From: Massalongia carnosa
Taxonomy: Eukaryota
DNA length: 64,000 nt
Reading direction: 5' to 3'
Assembly: GCA_965645245.1 (NCBI GenBank)
Contig: OZ287073.1
Span: 2,108,001 to 2,172,000, forward strand
Position 1 is the first letter of the stretch, and every line of letters starts with the position of its first letter. A program made the position numbers and the translations under genes. The notes below the pieces were generated by a model that was given only the letters and a program-made list of their open reading frames with translations, was not told the origin of the DNA and did no database searches. This document shows positions 61,080 to 64,000 of this stretch, piece by piece.

Positions 61080-61599
61080 TCAAGGTGCGATGCATGTCGG
61101 GATTCTCTGCCCACAACAAATCACGGTCCCTCGGCCTGGCAGCTCTGCCTCCTCTTGCTCGATTTCTCTGGCTTTTGCTTCGGCTCGTAGCCTTTCGGCT
61201 TCCGCCCTGAGGGCCGCGCGACGGTCTGGAGGCGGGATTGCCTCGGGGGAGGAGTGGCGTGACTCATTTTCTATTGTGGCCTCTCTAGAGTCTGATTGAG
61301 GTGTGACTCGGCCTCCCCGGCCGCGTGTGCCTCTGCCTCGACCCCGACTGCCGGTCGCACCACGGGGAGGAATCCACTGGCGATTCTCTCGCCCGCTTTG
61401 ACTGCGTGTGTTCATGATGTGAATTGGATGTAGATAATAGGTTTGCTTTGAGATGGGGATATGAAAAAACAGCGAAACACTATCTATGATAAGTGTTGAT
61501 GGAGGTGGAAGAGGTGGAAGAGGTGAAGAGTTTTCACCTCCCTGCTAGCGTCTGGCTCTATCCAGCTCACACAGCCGGGTGCCGCCCGTCACGGTGACA
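61080..61599 (-). mobile_element. Probable LTR plus gag N-terminus remnant
   Basis: TGTCAC start at 61599 on the minus strand; MNTRSQ, RG-rich then coiled-coil ORF, truncated. Confidence 0.4.
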
Positions 61600-61779
61600 A
61601 TTTCACTAGCCCCCAGCAAGCTGGTGCGTTCTTATGGGTTTCCTATATCCACGGTTAACGATATAGGAAGTCAACTAACAGCACACTTGTGGAAAAAGAG
61701 TCTGCGAAAGATACGGGATAAAAATCAAGTTTTCGTCAGCGCATTATCCAGAGACAGACGGTCAGACAGAATTCAGCGG

Positions 61780-63575
61780 CAAATCTCATGTTTTATCCCA
61801 ACCACACGAAACTGCGCAGGAAAGGGTAACAGACCATATACGGCGATTCTTCGACATACAACAGGCTTTCTGCAGTGGCAAAGGCCTATCACGATATATG
61901 GAGGGACAAAGGAGGCGTTGTGAATATCCCAGAAAAGGACTGGATGGAAAATAAAACAGTAAATGACGCAAAGCCCATGCCAGCCAGAGTCTTTCGCTTG
62001 GGACCGGAGGATAGAGCGGTAGTTGACAAAGAATTCGATGCGATGCACAAGAGTGGCAAGATGGAATGGACAACCAAACCCACACCATTTGCATACCCAG
62101 TATTCGTGGTATGGCGAACAATTCATCTCCCAGGGAAGACTCTAGAAAGGAAGGGCCGCGTCGTCATAGATATTCGAGGGCTCAATAAGTTATCCGAATT
62201 CGATGCTTACCCAATGCCTTTACAGGCGGATGTTACCGCTATTCAGGGCTGCACCTACATCAGCGTCATGGACGGGGCAGGTTTCTTCCATCAGTGGCCA
62301 GTAAAAAAATCGGACCGCCACAAACTCACAGTAGTATCTCATAGAGGATCAGAACAATGGAACGTGGCAGTAATGGGATACAGAAACAGCCCGGCCTATG
62401 CGCAACGTCAAATCGACGGGATTCTCAGGCCATATCGAGCTTTTGCCAGGGCATACGTAGATGATATAGTCATATTCAGCCACTCTTTGGAAGAGCATAT
62501 TCGCCATCTCAATCAGATTTTCGAACTATTCAGCAAAATCAATCTGGCAATCAAGCCTTCTAAGACGTACCTCGGATACCCTACCATCACACTTCTAGGA
62601 CAGAAGGTGGATAGTCTTGGCCTCACAACGAAAAACTATCCGCAATAGCAGGCATGAGTTTCCCAGAAAGGCTCAAAGATCTCGAGCGATATCTTGGATT
62701 CACCGGATGGCTTCGCGATTATGTACCATACTACGCACAAAAGGCGGAACCGTTGCAAATTCGGAAGACCATGCTTCTTAGAGACTCTCCTTCCAACAAG
62801 GGTAAAGCTAGGAAGAACTATAGCCTTCGAACCCTAATCGCAGACCCATCTGATGCAGAGCTGGACGCCTACTCTCAATTACAAGAAGCATTCAGCAAGC
62901 CTAGCATGCTCACTCATTTTTCCACAACACGAAGACTGTACGCCGACGTAGATACCTCCAAGCAAGGAGTAGGAGTTATGGTATATCATTCAAAAAGCGA
63001 CAGAGGTAATGACGGAGTATCAATACCCGCACTACCTCCGAAAAAGACAAGACGTAGACCCCATCCTGTTTCTTAGCAAAACTCTTTCGGCCGCCGAATC
63101 AAGATACTGGCTGTTGAATAAAAGATCAACCAGGCATACGGCAGCGGGATGCAGGAGATGAGGGTCTATTGACAAGTACAGCATATCATCCACAGACGGA
63201 CGGTTTATCCGAAAGAACAAATCAAACCGTGGAGATAGCGCTTCGATACCTGATCACAGAGAATCCCGATATAAAGTGTAGTGAAAGCGCTTCCAGCTTT
63301 ACAAGCAAGTCTGAACAATTCCCCCACGTCATCCACAGGACTATCTCCCAATGAAATAATGTACGGATTCAAAGTGAAAGAAATATTGTCAACACTGGCT
63401 CCCGATAAAGAGCCAAACATAGCCGAAAAAAGACTCGAGTATGCACAATAGGCCGCAGACGCCACATCTTTTGCCAATGCAAAAGCCAAGATCTATTACG
63501 ATGCAAGACACAAGCCTTTGTTATTGAAGGAAGGGGACCATGCGTATTTACGCCTTCACAATGGGTATCAATTAA
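61780..63575 (+). pseudogene. pol: Gypsy-C pol remnant (RT, partial RNase H, partial integrase)
   Basis: GRVVIDIRGLN, YVDD, ADVDTS, TAYHPQTDGLSE. Confidence 0.88.
63112..63168 (-). repeat. Terminal fragment of an LTR related to the Copia at 50158
   Basis: TGTTGAA...AGGCATACGGCAGCGGGATGCAGGAGA...GAGGGTCTA is shared. Confidence 0.85.
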
Positions 63576-63603
63576 TCGTCGGCCTCGCTTAGCTGCCTCC
63601 ATA

Positions 63604-64000
63604 CGAGGAGTACCACCTCTAGTCGGGGAAAGCGGTCTGCGTAGGCAAGCGATCTGCGTAGTTTCAATTTCAGGATTTGTCCAAATTCACCCATTTTACA
63701 ACCTATTTTGCAGCTTTTTGCACCACTTCTCGACCGCAACCTACGACCGTTAACTGTTATTATTCATACCATAGATAGATATTAACTGCACATCCTAACT
63801 ACACATTGATTAACCGGGATATTCACCTTTATTCAATTGCGACCGCATCAGTTGCATGCCTCCTATTTCGTCAATCACTCTCTCCCTATTTCATCAACCG
63901 CTCCCCACCTCAATCATGAATAGCAGCAGCGTCATGAATAAGAGCCTTATTAAAACCAGTGATTCTATTGCAACGCGCGTGCAAAATGCTAAGCAGTTTT
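63604..64000 (+). mobile_element. Probable left end of a pogo/Fot1-like DNA transposon, with an ORF starting at 63916 that runs off the window
   Basis: Follows a TA; duplicated subterminal AAGCG(G/A)TCTGCGTAG; open frame ...IATRVQNAKQF. Right end not visible. Confidence 0.4.

Noticed and set aside
1..64000. tRNA, rRNA or telomeric repeats
   Set aside because: None recognised by eye.

Overview
Eukaryotic, almost certainly filamentous ascomycete, repeat-dense DNA. The evidence is Tad1-clade LINEs, chromodomain Gypsy elements, short GT-AG introns and a mild RIP-like C-to-T bias. 1-23.4 kb is an array of one RNase H-bearing LINE family (LINE-A) arranged as three consecutive head-to-head units. 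Each unit has a minus arm running exactly to the element 5' end, fused to a 5'-truncated plus arm ending in poly(A). 23.4-33.4 kb holds a full-length second LINE (LINE-B, no RNase H, 14-bp TSD) carrying a nested DD34E Tc1 element and a solo LTR, followed by LINE/SINE tails, solo LTRs and a hAT-type MITE. 34.5-49.2 kb holds two TSD-flanked chromoviruses with self-priming PBSs and G-GGA-AAA -1 frameshift cassettes. One of them carries an intact antisense ORF with Zn2Cys6-type cysteine spacing plus a coiled coil. 50-55 kb is a Copia element with a collapsed 5' LTR. 56-61 kb is a small gene island: an FTA2-like kinase-fold pseudogene divergent from an intact PD-(D/E)XK-like gene, plus a possible DUF3435 remnant. 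61-64 kb holds Gypsy remnants and the probable start of a DNA transposon. Family names come from motif recognition only; no database search was run.
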